A DNA stretch of 64,000 nucleotides from Vermamoeba vermiformis. Taxonomy: Eukaryota. Positions 13,722 through 28,181 of this stretch are shown one piece after another. The notes beneath the pieces are model-generated. The model did no database searches. It saw nothing but the letters and a program-made list of their open reading frames with translations, and was not told the origin of the DNA. The stretch covers positions 62,001 through 126,000 of the forward strand of contig JBEWZL010000282.1 of the NCBI GenBank assembly GCA_045837725.1, written 5' to 3'. Both the position numbers and the translations under genes were made by a program. Positions within the stretch are counted from its first letter, which is position 1. The number at the start of each line of letters is the position of its first letter.

Positions 13722-14967
13722 TTAGTGAGCCAACTCGGGGAACTTGAGGGAGATAGCCATACCGACGAATTCCTGTAAGATACGTTAACATCGTGCCCCT
13801 GACACTAACGCACGTATTAAAGCGCTACGTACTTCAAATTCGAGGCTGTTGCTCTTGTCCAAGTCGTACTTGTCGAAGGTAGCCTTGACTTGCTCATCAG
13901 TGGCACCAGAAATGCCCAACCAAACGAGCTTAGACTTAACTTCTTCGCTGTCCAAGCTGCCTCCTTGGTCTATAATACAAATACCCCGGTGTTAATAGCT
14001 TGCATGGCTGCGAGTTGGATCGAGCACAAAGTACGTACCAGCATCGGCCTCAGTGAAGTGGTTGAAGCAGAAGCGAACGAAAGCGAGCAAAGTAACCAAT
14101 TGGTCAAAACTATAGAATAAGGTATAAGTACGGTCATAAGTATTTTAACATTTTTGGATCGAATCTGTGCCACTGGAAAACTGGCCGATTTCTCGGTTCA
14201 ATTTCGACGCAAGAATTGTTTGGCAAGCGCGCTGACACCAATATACGTATTGACTATAGTAAACTTACGAATAAGTGCCCTTCTTCTCACGGTCAACCAT
14301 GCCTTGGACCAAGTGGAGAGTCTTCTCGTGGAAATTGTAAGCCAATCCCTTCAAGACATCACCCAAAGTGCTAATGGGAGCAGTAGCGCCACCCTTGGAA
14401 GCAGCGTTGAATTGGTTCTATTGAATTTGGCTATCAATAATTGTTCTACGATTTTAAAAAGTATTTGGATTTGCAGCAAAAAATCAATTACGTGAATTAA
14501 ATCTCGTAACACTTACGCGAGCAGCAGTGAGCAAATCGTGCAACCACAAGTAGCTAAGGAAATCAATGACACCTTCAGCGCAATGTTAGCAAATGGAATT
14601 CCAACTACACAAAAACTTTTCAAATCGAGTCTCAAAACTTACCTTGGCTAAAGAAGTCAAGGACGGTGGACAAATTGCGAGACAATTTAGCATCAAAAGT
14701 AAATCCGTCTTGCTTGAGGACCTCACCGAAGTGGCTGACCTAATAAATAATTGCATTCAATAAAAATTTTTCTTATCGATATTTTTGCTTCTAAAAATAC
14801 CTCTACGGCTCCCTTGCCTTCCTTATCGAAAGATCTGAAGATTTGTTCGACCTTTGTGACCTCAGCTTGACGCTCAGGGGAAATCTGGAAAACTAAACTT
14901 AGAATCCTCTTTGGCGATTGACAAAAAAATTGCGACATACTTGAACTTGTTGTTGTTGTTCAGCCAT
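13722..14967 (-). CDS. Multi-EF-hand calcium-binding protein (possibly penta-EF-hand-like)
   Basis: IFRSFDKEGKGAVE and TFDKYDLDKSNSLEFEEF loops, with many short GT-AG introns. Confidence 0.8.
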
Positions 14968-15196
14968 TTTTATATGTCGTGTTGTTATGTAGGGTTACTG
15001 CTATCAATCTTTATTTTCGATTTTTGTTCGTCCAAGCCAAAAAAAAACGGCCAAAAAATTCAGGCCAAAATATTCATCGCATCCACGTTCGCGAACAAGG
15101 AGGAGGTCAAATTCCAACAGCGTTAACTACTGTACAAATATTATATTATTTTAATACAATCGCGTATTTTTTAGCAGATTCGATTGATTTTTTCAA

Positions 15197-16372
15197 ATGG
15201 CGCGATTACTCACCACGCTGGCTTGCAAAGCTATATTACGCAACACATCTGTCAGATCAACATATTTTCTCGTGCGGAAGAGTAATAAAGTCAATGCCAA
15301 GCTCGATCAGTCTCGTGCGTTTACACGATCAACAGTTTTAGCGCATGTCAAGCCCATTAGCCACTCTCTTCAAGTTAGATATTTTTCAAATACTTTAGAT
15401 GGCAAGCCTGACGTACCTGGAGCAAAAACAATCGACTCAGAAATCAAAAAAGTAGATGGTAATTTTTTTTTGCTTTGTTTTGAGATTGTTGGGCTCTCCG
15501 TCGTGTAATTCATATCAAGACATTATTATACAAAATATTTCTGACCTATTTTAATTTTATAGAGACATTTAGACGCGTTCAGTGGTTTTACAAACTTCCT
15601 CAAGAGCGCAGATTGACGTCTATTCCAGATCTACTATTAGATGTCGAGGAATTAATTAAAAGCCCTATTTTTGATCAATTTAAGGCATTTATCTATCAAC
15701 CACTTATGGCTGTGTGCGTTGGATGCATCGAAGAGCTCGAAAATGGCTTAGATAATTCAGCATGGCAACGATTCGAGAATAGAATGCAAGAAAATAATGA
15801 TACTAAGCAATTTATTGCCGAAGTACGATCATTGCGCGAAGAAGTAAGGAAAGAAAAAGCAGCTAGGAACGCACCTTCAGATCCGATCAATTTTGACAAT
15901 TTAAAGCTTCATCCGCACGTTAGGTAAGTATAAAAATACGACTTTTAACCATTTTTAACCAAAAATACTTACAGGGCACATTTCCACCGTGGACTTTTTT
16001 ACTTCACGGGTGAGCCAGTTCACCTATCGCGTATGGTCCAAGCTTATCACTTAGCAGCTATTGGAACTGAGGATCGTGACGAGTGTGTCAAGTATATGCA
16101 AGATTGTAGTGTGGCATTGGTAAGCTAGCATTACATACAATTTTTCATTGGACCCAAGATCCGGATCAACATCGATACTTTTTGCAATTTTTTTGACTTT
16201 TAATTTGTTATTATAGAGCACTATTATGATATACAACCCTCAGACAGCACACATATTCATGAACATTGGAAAATCAGCGGAGTTGGAACAAACTCTCGCG
16301 CCAATGATTTTCGATATTGTTGGCCGATTAGACGAGCAGTTTTCAAGAAGCAAAACAGGCAATAAACAATAA
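15197..16372 (+). CDS. Hypothetical protein with putative mitochondrial presequence
   Basis: Arg/Lys/Ser-rich N-terminus MARLLTTLACKAILRN and consistent exons with GT-AG junctions. No family recognised. Confidence 0.6.
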
Positions 16373-16387
16373 TAACAACAAATTTCA

Positions 16388-18141
16388 TCATTTAAATTTG
16401 CCCATGATACAAATCTCGTTGCCGTGGTAAGCTAAATGACGCGTGACATATTGACACTCTTGGTGCTTTTCAAACAAGCTTCCAATGTCTTTTAGTACGG
16501 GCATATGTTGCTCGTCCCTAGTATAAAAAATATCAGATACTGGTGCTTGAGTAAAGCGAGTAGCATTGAGCCAATGACTGCGATCTAGATCCGGTACGTA
16601 CCCAACAAATTTTATCGTCCACACGAAGTTTTTCATTTTCTTCGCTTTTATCCAATTTTCAAGAACTATTAATGAGTGCTCTGGTGGAATTGACACGTCA
16701 GTAAATAACCAGTCTACTGGACTTTCTGGCATCCACTTTTCTGTTATTTGAAATTGTTAATATAGCTCAGGTGAGCGTAATATTAATTAATAGACGTACT
16801 AGCGTCGCCAACGTGATGTTTTAAACGAGGATTTTTTGTTAGTTGCGGATCTACCAAAGCAGCTTTATCTACCGATTCGACTTGCGCCCTATGACATTAA
16901 CAAAATTGAAATTAGATAATTGAATAATAGCTTCGATAAATACGACGTACCCCTTGTCTAATAGACACCACGTCCAACCGCCAGGAAAATTTCCTAATTC
17001 GGCAACTTTACTGCCGTTGAGCGTAGTGATATTCAAATGTTGAAAAATCTGTATTATAAGTTCATATAAGTAACGCGATAGGTCTAGTAGCATCGTTTTC
17101 AACTATTACCTCTTCTATTTTCTTATATGCGAACGAGGGAGGCAATTTTGTGGTTGGTGTTGGGGCGATCCCGCCTACAAATGGTAACGGCTTATGCCAA
17201 TAAAAGGAGTAGTTTAATATGCTATGAGATATGGCTATTTCATCTTTGGATTTCATAAACATTTGAACCAAGTGCTCGCCAGGTACTGGATTTTCTGAAT
17301 TAGATCCTGTTAGCATCAGTTTTTCTCGAAATTATTATGAATTTAATCCATTATATGGATATTATTATAAAACCCATATTTACCTTCATATTTTAACAAA
17401 CGATGGAGTTTTCTGCGTTTTTCTTTCATTACGTCTACAAATGTTTCTTGAACGAGCTTCATTCGTCCATTAAGTTGCTTCTCTCCAACTATTATATTAA
17501 AGATGTCATTATAATACAAGTCAATTAAGACTTACCTAAAGAATGTACGAGCCAAGGCTGAGCATCGTCTTTCATTTTTGAAATTACGTAGTCTGAGCAA
17601 TCAGCGGCCAAGCTCTTAACGCTATCTATGCTCATAATATAATCAGTAAATATAATATAAGTGAATAGTTGTTTACCTCTTTTGATTGTTTGGTAGTTAG
17701 GGATCGACTGAAGTGACCAAGTGGGTTCGTACTCGGTTTTAGTGGGTATCGTGCAGTCTATCCATCCATTGTATTGGTTTAATTCCTAGAAATGCAAATT
17801 AATGCTTACTGAGTGCGTGCATCTTGAAATAAACCAAGATCGCGAACTGATCTGTCTTAGAAATGATGTAGATAATTATATAAAATAATATTTGCTTGCC
17901 GTTAAATTATGTTAACGCTTAGGGCGCATTTGCTTCGCATAAAATAACTTACATGAATTTCTAGATTTGATCTGAGTTCGCTTTCGACGTGGGCCTCATT
18001 ACCAGGCTTACAGAGCCAAAGATATTTAGTGCTATATTTTTTTGAATTTTTTCTATGCTTAGACAGCAGATTATTGACGATGAACGATCTAGAGTGGCTT
18101 TTGTGGCTAGCAAAACTTGCCACAACTCGGAGCGCTTTCAT
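16388..18141 (-). CDS. RlmM-like (FtsJ-fold) rRNA 2'-O-methyltransferase, putative mitochondrial
   Basis: PPSFAYKKIEEIF...ELGNFPGGWTWCLLDKG...AVD...GDA...PVDWLFTDV resembles RlmM motifs (APSRSxLKLEEA, DLGAxPGGWT). Basic presequence-like N-terminus. Confidence 0.7.
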
Positions 18142-18259
18142 CGGCACAAACAAACGTCTTTTAAATTGTTGTGCTTATATTGAGGTGGAGTGTAAAAGTA
18201 AATTAAGCCCTGAACGGAAAATTCAAAATCGATCTGGCCCAATTTTAACCTCTTCGCGT

Positions 18260-20046
18260 TTATTCTATATTATAAACCGTGTTTCCTTTACAAATTACTT
18301 CTTTTAGCGAGTTTAATTTCGTAAAATAGCTCGAAGGTATCTTTTTGAGGTTAGTTACTTCTAACACTTTAAGAGCCGTCAAGGTGGTTAGCTGCAAAAG
18401 CTTTTTGAAATCATATATTTTGAAGAACGCTAATCTGTTCAAGCACGTCATTTGTTCTAGCGTCTTCCATAATAAAAATTCTTCGTTGTCGTTTGTTACG
18501 CGCAGATGCCGCAGCCGATGAACTAGAAGTGAGTCGTAATCAGTGCCTGGTTGTAATGGGCAACATAATCGCGTGATGTTTGTAGATGATATAGTCGGCA
18601 ATACATATGCAGAGGTAGTTCCAAGAATATCGAGACTTGCTAAATTTGGTAATGTTGATAGATCCAGATCTCCTCCAAAGCAATTCGTCGATTCAATCGC
18701 GAGTACTTTGAGCATAGTAAGACTGTTTATGAACGTTGAATTATGCGATGATGATATGCCGGTGATTTTAAGGCAAGTCAAGTTCGTCAAGCTGGAGATC
18801 GGATCGTAATTGACCATTGCTTCTTTATCGAGCTGATTAAGCACTAATACTCTTAATGTGCTAATAATAGCAAGTGGGGAAACATCTACACACCTTTCGA
18901 AGCTCCATTGAATTGTCTTCAACTTCGAAGAATTCACGAACGAAAATAATTCGCCGTTAAACAAGTTGTGTGCACTGATTTTGAAGTTCTCTAAGCTAGT
19001 CATTGCTAATAAAAATTCAAACAATGAATCTTGCTTAATTTGGTCATCGTTGCTTGGTAAAGTGTAGATCGAGTTTCTTCATACTTGTTAAATGCCTTAA
19101 TGAACCACTAACATTATCATCTATTGACTGGCACTTCATTAATAGTCTTGTCAACATCCTATTATGTTCAAAGTTGTAACTAACATCATTGCGCTGTATT
19201 ATTAACTTCAGATCTTCTAACGCAGTAAAATGATCTAATTCAACTGGCAAACTCAAGTCCAATTTTAATCTCTTCAAGTTGACAAATCGCTTTAATGCTT
19301 CAGAGTTGATAATAATATTATAAGTTCCGCCTGCTAGCAGGAGTTTCGTGAGTCTGCTCGGATTTGCAACAAGATCGAACGGATTTGAATCGATGTACTG
19401 TACATGGAGCTCTATACTTTCTAAACGTGATAACAAAGGCAGAGTATAATTTATACACCGTCTAGCATGAAATCTATCGTCATCACGGTCCCAAGATGCT
19501 TCATTATATCTAAACTCTTTCAGATTCGTTAAATGAAGCAGTAATTGGAACGGATATTTGGTTCTGCACCATGGCTTGAATTTAACGAGCTGAGTCATCA
19601 CTTGGAATTTCAGCCAGGGATTATGTATGTCGCGCCAGTAACTCCGATCTGAAATCCGATCGAGCTCCAAACTTGTCAGATTCGTTAACTTCGTCACATG
19701 ATCAACGAAATCTTCTATTTTGATATTCTTAAACTTGTTAAATGCTATACTGAACGGTTGCTGTATTTTTGAATAGGTGTCAATGATTCTCGATATATTC
19801 TCGGATGTAGCTCCGTAGACTTTGAAGTAATCAAGCGGACATAGCTTTCTCCAAAATGTACTTGTGGTTCTAATATTAATTTTGGATTGGCTGTCCAAAT
19901 ATTGAGAAATATAGACTTGTAATTCTGTCGGTAGATCATCCTGTTCGAAAAAAATTTAACAGATAATTCTATTAAGCATTAAAAAATGTATTAATAGACG
20001 AATTATAATGTAAAAATATATTCTAAAGTATAATCCTACTTGCCAT
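18260..20046 (-). CDS. F-box/LRR protein, copy 1 (one +1 frameshift near 19050; possible pseudogene)
   Basis: F-box MDDLPTELQVYISQYLD followed by LxxLTNLxxL repeats in ORFs 19044-19898 and 18260-19024. ATG-only first exon inferred from the paralogues. Confidence 0.75.
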
Positions 20047-20277
20047 TCGAAATAAAATCTTTTGTCTCGATCGAGGAGATAGATAGATGCTGGATGTAGG
20101 TTGCAAAGGATTGAAAGGCTAAGAAAACGATTGCTCACGGATCTATTTGGCTTTTAATATGCACGCGTCCATTAAGATGAGGTTACATGAGGCGTGTAAC
20201 AATAAAAATGGAAAGAAAAAATTGCGACGCGATATCGCTAAAAAAGGCGAGATTCGCTGAAGCTACTTAATAGTTGT

Positions 20278-21971
20278 TTATTTCAGGGAGAAGTTATAAA
20301 TATGCTTGAAGGCATGCACAACTTCGGTCGCGACTGTACCTTGCAACGCAAGACGAGCAAGTTGAGTGAATGGTTTCAAACTAAGCACATCCTCGTCTCC
20401 GTTGAGATCTCTTATCGTGAGCGACTTCAATCTCGTGAGCATTGTAACGCATTGCCAGAATCCTTTTGATTTAGCTGACGACAAATCAAGAGACTGAAGA
20501 TCCGTCATTTTAGCTAATCCGCTCATGTCGAAATCTTCGTTGGTATGGATACCCAAATTGGTTAATCTCGTTAATGAGTCTAATCCGTTAATGCAATAGG
20601 GTGCCTCTACTGTAATACGTAACTTTAACTGCTCCAAGTTCGTCAAATCCGCTAACTTTATCATGTTCAGATCCGCTTTGTTATCCAGTGTTAAATCTTT
20701 TAACTTCGTTAAATGACTTATATATTCAGCACTTGGGTATTTTGAGTACAGTGACTGCAGCATCGTCAAATTAGTCAAATGAGTCAACCAATTCAAGTTC
20801 CATCCATCGTTGATTGCAACGCTCTCTAGCATTGTTAAACGTGAAATGGCGGATGAAATTTCGACTTTTTGCAGTTGATAAGGAAATATGCTTGAGCTTA
20901 GTCGTCATAATGAACGGACACACCAGATCTGCTTTGAATTTTGCGTACTGACCAGAAATGTTTAATTCTTCTAGATCCGTTAACGCTGTCAGAAATTCCA
21001 TTGGCGGAATTAATCTCTCAGTATTGTAGTTGACAGTTAATGAAATTAGTTTTGTCAGGCAGGTCAGCTCGTTTGGTCGAAGGTGTGGATCTGCAAGCTG
21101 CAATTGCGTCAAATTCGTGTTTAAATCCAATCGATCCGCAATTGCTCCTCGAACGTTTAGACTTTCCAAATTTGGTAATAAGCTGTGTGGAAATACTTGT
21201 CTGTCAATCCATAGCAAGTGTTTTAGGCCTGTCAAACGCGTCACCAAGTCAACATCCAACTTCAACGTTCCTCCTGTAGAAAAAGCGACCAATGACGTGA
21301 GTTTTTCAGGGAATTTCAAGTGTTCGAATATCTCCGCGTTATTGTGCCAGAATTCGAAATCGAGACTTTGTAGATTGGTCAATACTGTCAAATGGCTAAG
21401 TACACTATCGTCCACCCCACTTAGCATTGGTTATATTTGGTAAATAAGGCAGTAACGTTCGATATGATAGTTGATATCTATCTTGCACATCGAGGCATTG
21501 CAGGTTGGTTAAGGTTGTTAAAAGGATCCATTGTTCGGAGATCGGCCAATCAACTTCTTTATGGAGAACAGCTAATTTAGTGAGGTTCGTTAATCGACTA
21601 ATAGTGAAAAATTCATCCAATGATCTCGTATTTGATTTGCTCCAAACAGTATTTAATCGTGGATTTTGGAAGGTAATGCCGATCGGATGTGAGTATTTTG
21701 ACATCCTCTCTATAATTGCTGGTATTTGCTCTCTGTTAACATTATAAATTATAAAGTCATCATAATTGATTATTTTGAACCATTCTGTGTTCGTTAGTCG
21801 AGCACAAAATCTTGATCTGTCATCCAAAAAGTCGACAATTAGTTTTTTTAGTTCCGATGGCAATAAATCCTACGAAAATAATTTTTCATTAATATACTGG
21901 CGATTACATTAATTTACGATTAAATATTAAAAGGTAACCACAACAACTTCAAACGAACCGTCTCTTACCAT
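20278..21971 (-). CDS. F-box/LRR protein, copy 2 (two +1 frameshifts; possible pseudogene)
   Basis: ATG|gtaaga intron then DLLPSELKKLIVDFLD F-box. LRRs run across three overlapping ORFs. Confidence 0.75.
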
Positions 21972-22146
21972 GGCAAGTCTTAAATTTAGTTGAAAGCCTG
22001 CAACTATAATTAATTCTGTTACGTTTGAGGTGAGCAAAACGAAAAAAGCTCTCTCCCGCGTTTAGTCAAATTCTGATTTATTTTGGTGATATCGCCAAAT
22101 TTTAGTGAGACTGAGAGGCGAACGGGTTCCGAGATAACAGTATGGT

Positions 22147-23789
22147 TTATATTAATTTGTAAATATGAGTCAAATGTGCCTGAATTTCGGGCAGTACAGG
22201 TACATATGTACGCACAAGGCGAGTTAGCTTCGGCAATTGCTTTAGGCTTAGAGCTCTTGTTTTATCGACTTTATCGTTGATAGTAAGATCTTCCAAGCCG
22301 CTAAGTCTAGTTATTTCATTCCAAAAATCTTTGGTGCGACGAGGTTCGTACAAACACTTCAGATCTGTTTTCGTTACGAGGCCTAAGTCCGTATCTTCAT
22401 TGACTACATATAAATGTGTAAGCCTTGTTAATGCGTCCAAACCAGCGATTCTCGCGTCAACACCAGTTACTAGGACATTCAGATGTAAACGTTCCAGATT
22501 GGTGAGATCCCCTAACGTGAATCCAAGCTTTAACGGTCTCGAATGTTGTATCGAGAGCTTTTTAAGCTTCGTCAGCGTTGATACGAACAAGTGGTCAGTA
22601 CTTTCGTTTTGAAGCAATTGTAGTGACGTCAAGTTGATTAGCTGAGTTAAAAAGTCTGCATTTTTGGTATTCCTAAACTTAGCGCTTTCTACGGTGATTA
22701 ATCGGGAGATATGCTCTGTGATTTCTAAACTCTTTGAGGTCAATATAAGCCGGGTGAGATGCATTGAACCAACGAATGAAGCAAACGCCGTGTCAATGTT
22801 GTTACAGGTAAATGTCAGATCTTCGAGACGTGTCAACGCTGTCAAATATTCCATCGGTTCAATCGCACGATCGCCAGTAAAATCAATAGCTAACGACTTC
22901 AGTTTTGTCAGAGAGGCCAAGTCGGTTAAGGAGGTTGCCGTCGATGTTTGAAATTTCAGTCTTGTCAACTTTGGACTGAATAATCTATCCTCCAATGACA
23001 GTATTTTGGGTCTGCCAGTTTGCACCAAACTTTCTAAATTTGGTAATAAGCTGTGCGGAAATTGCTGGTGACTATTCCAGGACAAACGTTGAAGGCCTGT
23101 TAAACGCGTCACGGCGTCGAGTTCGAGCATAATTGCGCCATACATGTTAACAGCCAATGACGTCAGTTTTCCGGGAAATTTCAGTAATTCGAAGACTTGT
23201 ACATCTAGGGGCTCATGAGAGCCTGCTCGTTGAGTCAACTCCATTTTGAGACTTTGCAAATTCGTCAGACTTGGTAACAATGGTAAGATGTTCCGATAAA
23301 ATCCATCAATCCAAGCCAGGTTAGGCAAGTGCGGCATTAATTCTTGTTGCACTCTACTTCTATCAGGGAAAATATCCAGTCTTTTTAAATTGGTCAAAGT
23401 CGTCAAGCGGATCCAACTTGCAATAGGGAGGTAATAGTCTTGATCAGGGATAATAAACTTCGTTAAGTTCGTCAAACGAGATATTTCAAGCAGTTCTGTG
23501 AATGTGTCTGAAGGGCCAATGTTTTTGAAGTTCGTTTTGGACAAAGTAAGACCGATCGGATGCGTTAATTTTGATAACTTGTCAATAACTTCCGATAATT
23601 GATCTCTCGTCACGAAATTAATATTAAAATTGTTGATTATGATAATCTTTTGCCATTCGGTGCATACTACGCGGCAATTCAGTCTAGATCTGCCATCCAA
23701 AAAATCCAAAATTTGCTTGGTGATTTCCAGCGGCAAAAAATCCTACAAAAATATGCATAAATATCAAAATTAATTAAAATTATGATGAT
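22147..23789 (-). CDS. F-box/LRR protein, copy 3 (intact)
   Basis: ATG|gtaaga intron then DFLPLEITKQILDFLD F-box and a 529-aa LRR ORF. Clear paralogue of copy 2. Confidence 0.9.
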
Positions 23790-24038
23790 TAAAATATCGG
23801 GAACAAATCTACAATAAATCAGATTTTACTGCAGTCGTTCTCTTACCATTGCTAGGCCTTCGTGTGTAAATGAACAATAATAATAAAATTTTTTTTGCTA
23901 CGTAATGTTCATAGACTGACTTTAATACAATAGAGTCGCGATGAGTGGAGTTTGAAAGAAATTCACCCAATGTCCCGTGTAACGGGACCGACCTTCGCTA
24001 AACGTCATTTTATCAACTGCGGTAAGCTAATATTAAAT

Positions 24039-25817
24039 ATGACTAGAGGGCACTGATTGCCATAACATTAGAGAAATGAAAAACTTGTGTCAAACTTTTT
24101 ATTTGCAACAACACGCACACATCCATGGCCACGAGCAGTATAAATATAAATATACCTGTTAATTATATTGAAGAGGCTCCCGAAGTGTTTCGTAGTGCTG
24201 AAGAGGCTTTGATCTCTTTTGACTTCGCCAAATCCAAAGAACTCTTTCAAACTGCTGGTAAAATTATTAACAAATTAAAATAATAACTAATTTTGATATT
24301 TTATAATTATTATGCCTTGCAATAACTCGTTTGTAATTTTGGATAAATAATTTATTAATTTTATTCAGTTCAAAATATTCCAGCGGCGTCAATTTACAAT
24401 AGAGTTGCTACGGAATATGTACATTCGTTAAATGATATCGATCAAGAAAATACAGGTACGTAATAGTCCTTATTAAATCATCATAACTAATTTTCACGCG
24501 ACAGAAATTCACAATGCACGAACTAATGAAGAAAAATTAGTTTTAATTGAAAAAAGAGTACGTAATTAACAAATTACAATTTATTTCTTGGAAAATTTAG
24601 CGATATTGTTCAGATCTTGATCCGAGCTCGGATCAAAACGATCCATGACTTTGCTTTATTATTGTATACTAACCCAATATATAATATTATTAGGTAGGCA
24701 ATGCTATATTAATGAGCAAAAAAAGACACGCAATATTCAATTGTGCATTACAATCGTGCGTTGAAATTTGCAGGCTACAATGACCAAGAAAAAATGGAGA
24801 TTGATGGCAGCATTCTCGATAATAGGCCTGAATTTAATACAACACATAATAATATAGCTATATTATTCAATAATCGAGCTACTGCGTTGCATATGCTTGC
24901 TGCTTCCGGATCCAACGTCAATGAAAATTTATTGCTGGCACTTAAAGACGCTGAAAAATCATTGCAATTTGATCCCGAGTATATCAAAGTAAGAATATAA
25001 TGCACGTGCTTTAATTATCGTCATTACGAAGGTGTTCGCAAAATTTTGATTTTTTCCTCACTTCGTAATGACACTTTGACACTCGTAAAACTTAAATTAA
25101 TCCGTTAAAAAATATGAAAATTTAAGTGGCAATGCCTAATTATGAATATTTTAGCATATGACTTAATTCGGATGTTGAAATAATCATTATGCAGACTCGT
25201 ACTTATTGTTCGTTTGACAGGCACATTGGCGCCGAGGATCATTATTATTGCGATTAGGTCGACATAAAGAGGCTATTAAGAGTTTAAAACGCGCTTATTC
25301 TTTGCATCAGTCGGATCAGATCGCAACGTAAGTACAACACTCAAAAAATTTTTCCCTATTCTCCTTTTAAATATCAACGAGAATATATTTTAGGGGTATT
25401 TATATACTATTTTATTATATATGATTTTTAATTGAGTTATTTTTAGTGAATTAAATAAAGCAAAAGTCGCGTGGCACAACACGCAGGAGTACAAGTTGAA
25501 GCAATATGTGGCGTATGATAGAGCCGCAGTACCTTCGCGACAAGACGTGTGGAAAGCAGCCGAGTCCTCAAATATGAAGCAGTTATTAGCGGACCCTGAA
25601 ATGCGTCGGACTTTGTTCAAGATCTACCAAGATCCATCGACTATCAAAGTTATTGCCGAAGTAAGTCAAAACATCCTATCGATAAAATTAGTGCTCTTAT
25701 ATATTTAAATATGATAATAGTACTAATAAAACCATATAGGACGTTAAGAAGAAAGAGCAACTTGAAGATCTGATGAGAAATTTTTATTACGATTTTCAGC
25801 TTGATATTGAAGATTAG
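24039..25817 (+). CDS. TPR-repeat protein with C-terminal STI1/DP-like domain
   Basis: LFNNRATAL...ALKDAEKSLQFDPEYIKAHWRRG TPR helices and QLLADPEMRRTLFKIYQDP. Confidence 0.75.
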
Positions 25818-26039
25818 ACGGGAGCTTCTTGTACATACATTCCCTTTGGATAATGTAAATAGTGAGTAGATTATTTAATCTGATTTTTTTGACCCGATTT
25901 CTCGAGCAGATTGTTTCGGACAAAAAATTTGTGCGTTGTGCTCCAAAATCTTAATGGCGCCGAAAATAGCGTAATTTTGTATAATATTAATTATATTAGA
26001 CACAAGCAAGTTATTTTTACGCTTTCAAACTTGCAAGAA

Positions 26040-28000
26040 ATGTCAGCAGATCTGATCGCGAAAGCTGAAGAATACGCCAAGCTGTATTACGACGTATTAT
26101 TAAAGGATGTCGTGCCATTTTGGCTTAAAAATAGTATTGATACTAAATATGGAGGCTATTTTACTTGCTTAGACCGAGACGGTAAGATCTCTCATTGAAT
26201 TCAAAAAATGCCTACTAAAATCAATTAATATGCAGGCAAGGTATTCGAAACAGATAAATTTATGTGGTGAGTATCATAATAACAAAATAATATTTGATTG
26301 CCCGGAGCGCAAAGATATTTTTTACGAGAGGATCTAGTTTTGACATTTCGTTTAGGTTGCAAGGCCGTGAAGTCTATATGTTCTCTAAGCTATATGTAGA
26401 GCTTAAAAATCAATATCCGACTGAAGCTGAAGAATGGCTTAAGGCTGCAAAACTTGGTGCTGAATTTTTGAAGCAACGCGGATGTGACAGCAACGGCCGG
26501 TTTTATTTTTCAGTTACTAGAAAAGGCGAGCCTATAGTACAACCTTATTCTATATTTAGGTACGACTAAGGATACTATAATTTGAACTAATTTTAAATAG
26601 TGATTGTTTTGCTGCAATTGCATTTGGCGCTTATTTTATGGCGAGTGGCGAGCAATGGGCCAAAGAATTAACGACAAAAATTTATACAAACATTCAAGCG
26701 ATCAAATCCAATCCTAAAGGTCAATACAACAAATTATTCCCTGGCACTCGGTAAGTCCCCTGAAGAGAATTTTTTTTGACACTTTGACACGTGTCACAAG
26801 CTCCGCCATCATTGCGACGAAATAGTTTCCTTATTTGCACAAACAATGAGACAAGGTGTCAAAAAATGACACGTGCCGTCATGAACTAATTTTTGCAATG
26901 TTTTTGTAGTGACCTCACAGGCCTCAGTTTGCCAATGATCGATCTCAATTTAAGTCTCGAATTATTGCACTTAATACCCGAAGAAAAAGACATGTTCACC
27001 AAACGCGCCGTGGACAACATAAATTACATCAGTACGTATCAAACGAAATTTATTACCATAAAAGGAAATTACTAACGAATCATATGATCGTAGTGAATAC
27101 TTTCGTCGATCAAAAGCGAAATTTGTTGCGTGAAAATGCGTTCATTGGTGAACGAAAAGATTCGGAGGACGATCCGATGGATCATTTTGAGGGTCGTGTT
27201 GTGAACCCTGGCCACGTCTTAGAGGTGAGTCATATCAAACAGTTGTTATTAATACTAATAGTACCCGACAAGGCCTTATGGTTCTTAATGACCGCAGCTC
27301 ATGATTTGAAGCACACGGGTCGGATTGACAGCGACAAGTTGATCGGTCAGTGTGGCTCGATTATGTTAAGTACGCTGGACTTTGGCTGGGACAAACAGTA
27401 CGGCGGAATATTTTACTTTTTGGACGTTGATAACAAGCCTACGCAACAACTTGAATGGGATCAGAAACTTTGGTACGGAGCTTTTGGTTGTGCCACGTGT
27501 CATGACGCAATTTTTTCACCGGTCAACTTGACACGTGTCATTTATTATCCTCCGTTGATCAGTTCATAGTGATGCAATCGTTCATGAAATTATTGTTTGA
27601 CGTAGATTAAGGAGCTCGAAGTGACACGTGTCAAGTTTATTCGTTCACTAGAGCTAATCTTATCTTCAGGTGGGTACACTTTGAAGCACTATATGCAGTA
27701 GCCTTTGCGTTCTATTTGACGGAAAAAGAAGAATTCGCGCAATGGTATCATAAACTGCACGAGTACTTGTGGTCCAAGTTCTACGATCCACCTCACGGCG
27801 AAGTACGTCGGTTATTTCTCTCTTAACAATCAAAATGATATAGTAATTATGTATAATAGTTCTGGGGCTATTTGAATCGTCGCGGCGAAGTCTTGTTGGA
27901 ATTGAAAGGCGGCAAATGGAAAGGATTCTTCCACGTCCCGCGCGCTTTGTTATTGCTCGCTCAGGTCTTTGAAAAGATCCAAAAAATACAGAAAAAATAA
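26040..28000 (+). CDS. RENBP: N-acylglucosamine 2-epimerase (AGE/renin-binding protein family)
   Basis: [63 protein letters not shown] and [12 protein letters not shown]. Confidence 0.9.
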
Positions 28001-28181
28001 CCAAAACAAACCTTATATACGTTTCCATATTTCTAACTTCTTAATTGCGAATCATTGGTTATACAATAAATTTATGCTTTGTCGGCGGTGCTCATTTTTT
28101 CAATTCAGTGAAACTTTTGACAACACACCACGGCACTCAAACTTAATATTATAAAGATAGTATTATATTGTTATAAGAACC

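Noticed and set aside
17062-17110. Apparent frameshift in the RlmM-like gene
   Set aside because: Explained by a GT-AG intron (KKIEE|IFQHL).
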